34,744 nucleotides of DNA from contig NC_068982.1 in NCBI RefSeq assembly GCF_001194135.2, positions 106,471,847 through 106,506,590 on the forward strand. The letters are read 5' to 3'. This document shows positions 34,368 through 34,744 of this stretch, in pieces. The translations under genes and the position numbers were made by a program. The stretch is from Octopus bimaculoides (Eukaryota). The notes beneath the pieces are model-generated. The model did no database searches. It worked only from the letters and a program-made list of their open reading frames with translations, and had not been told where the DNA came from. Each line of letters begins with the position of its first letter. Within the stretch, counting starts at the first letter, position 1.

Positions 34368-34744
34368 GTTGTTGGCACTCCGTCGGTTACGACGACGAGG
34401 GTTCCAGTTGATCCGATCAACGGAACAGCTTGCTCGTGAAATTAACGTGCAAGTGGCTGAACATTCCACAGACACGTGTACCCTTAATGTAATTCTCAGG
34501 AAGATTCAGCGTGACACAGAGCGTGACAAGGCTGGCCCTTTGAAATACAGGTACAACAGAAACAGGAAGAAAGTGTGAGAGAAAGTTGTGGTGAAAGAGT
34601 ACAGCAGGGTTCGCCACCATCCCCTGTCGGAGCCTCGTGGAACTTTAGGTGTTTTCGCTCAATAAACACTCAAAACGCCCGGTCTGGGAATCGAAACTGT
34701 GATCCTACGACCGCGAGTCCGCTGCCCTAACCACTGGGCACCTC
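34368..34744 (-). mobile_element. SINE family B, nested at the (CA)n of a family A SINE; runs to the window end
   Basis: Reverse complement of family B from the GCCAACAAC tail (34368) to the tRNA-like head at the window edge. Confidence 0.9.

Overview
AT-rich, microsatellite-saturated animal genomic DNA with 11 assembly gaps (about 4.6 kb of N). The repeat families resemble those I recall from octopod cephalopods; that assignment is inference. I cannot support any host protein-coding gene, RNA gene or CRISPR array. Almost all listed ORFs are artefacts of microsatellites, N runs or SINEs. The window is a transposon graveyard. It holds three non-LTR retrotransposon remnants: an R4/Dong-type piece with a CCHC knuckle, an RTE 3' end with three tandem C2H2-type fingers sitting inside an (ATGT)n array, and a decayed RTE/RTEX-type RT domain. 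It also holds four tRNA-derived or SINE-like families (labelled A-D here) with TSDs, nesting and one chimera, a Helitron-like element, a mariner relic, a 144-bp MITE, a Mutator-like MITE with a 10-bp TSD, and an unexplained ~280-bp decayed palindrome.
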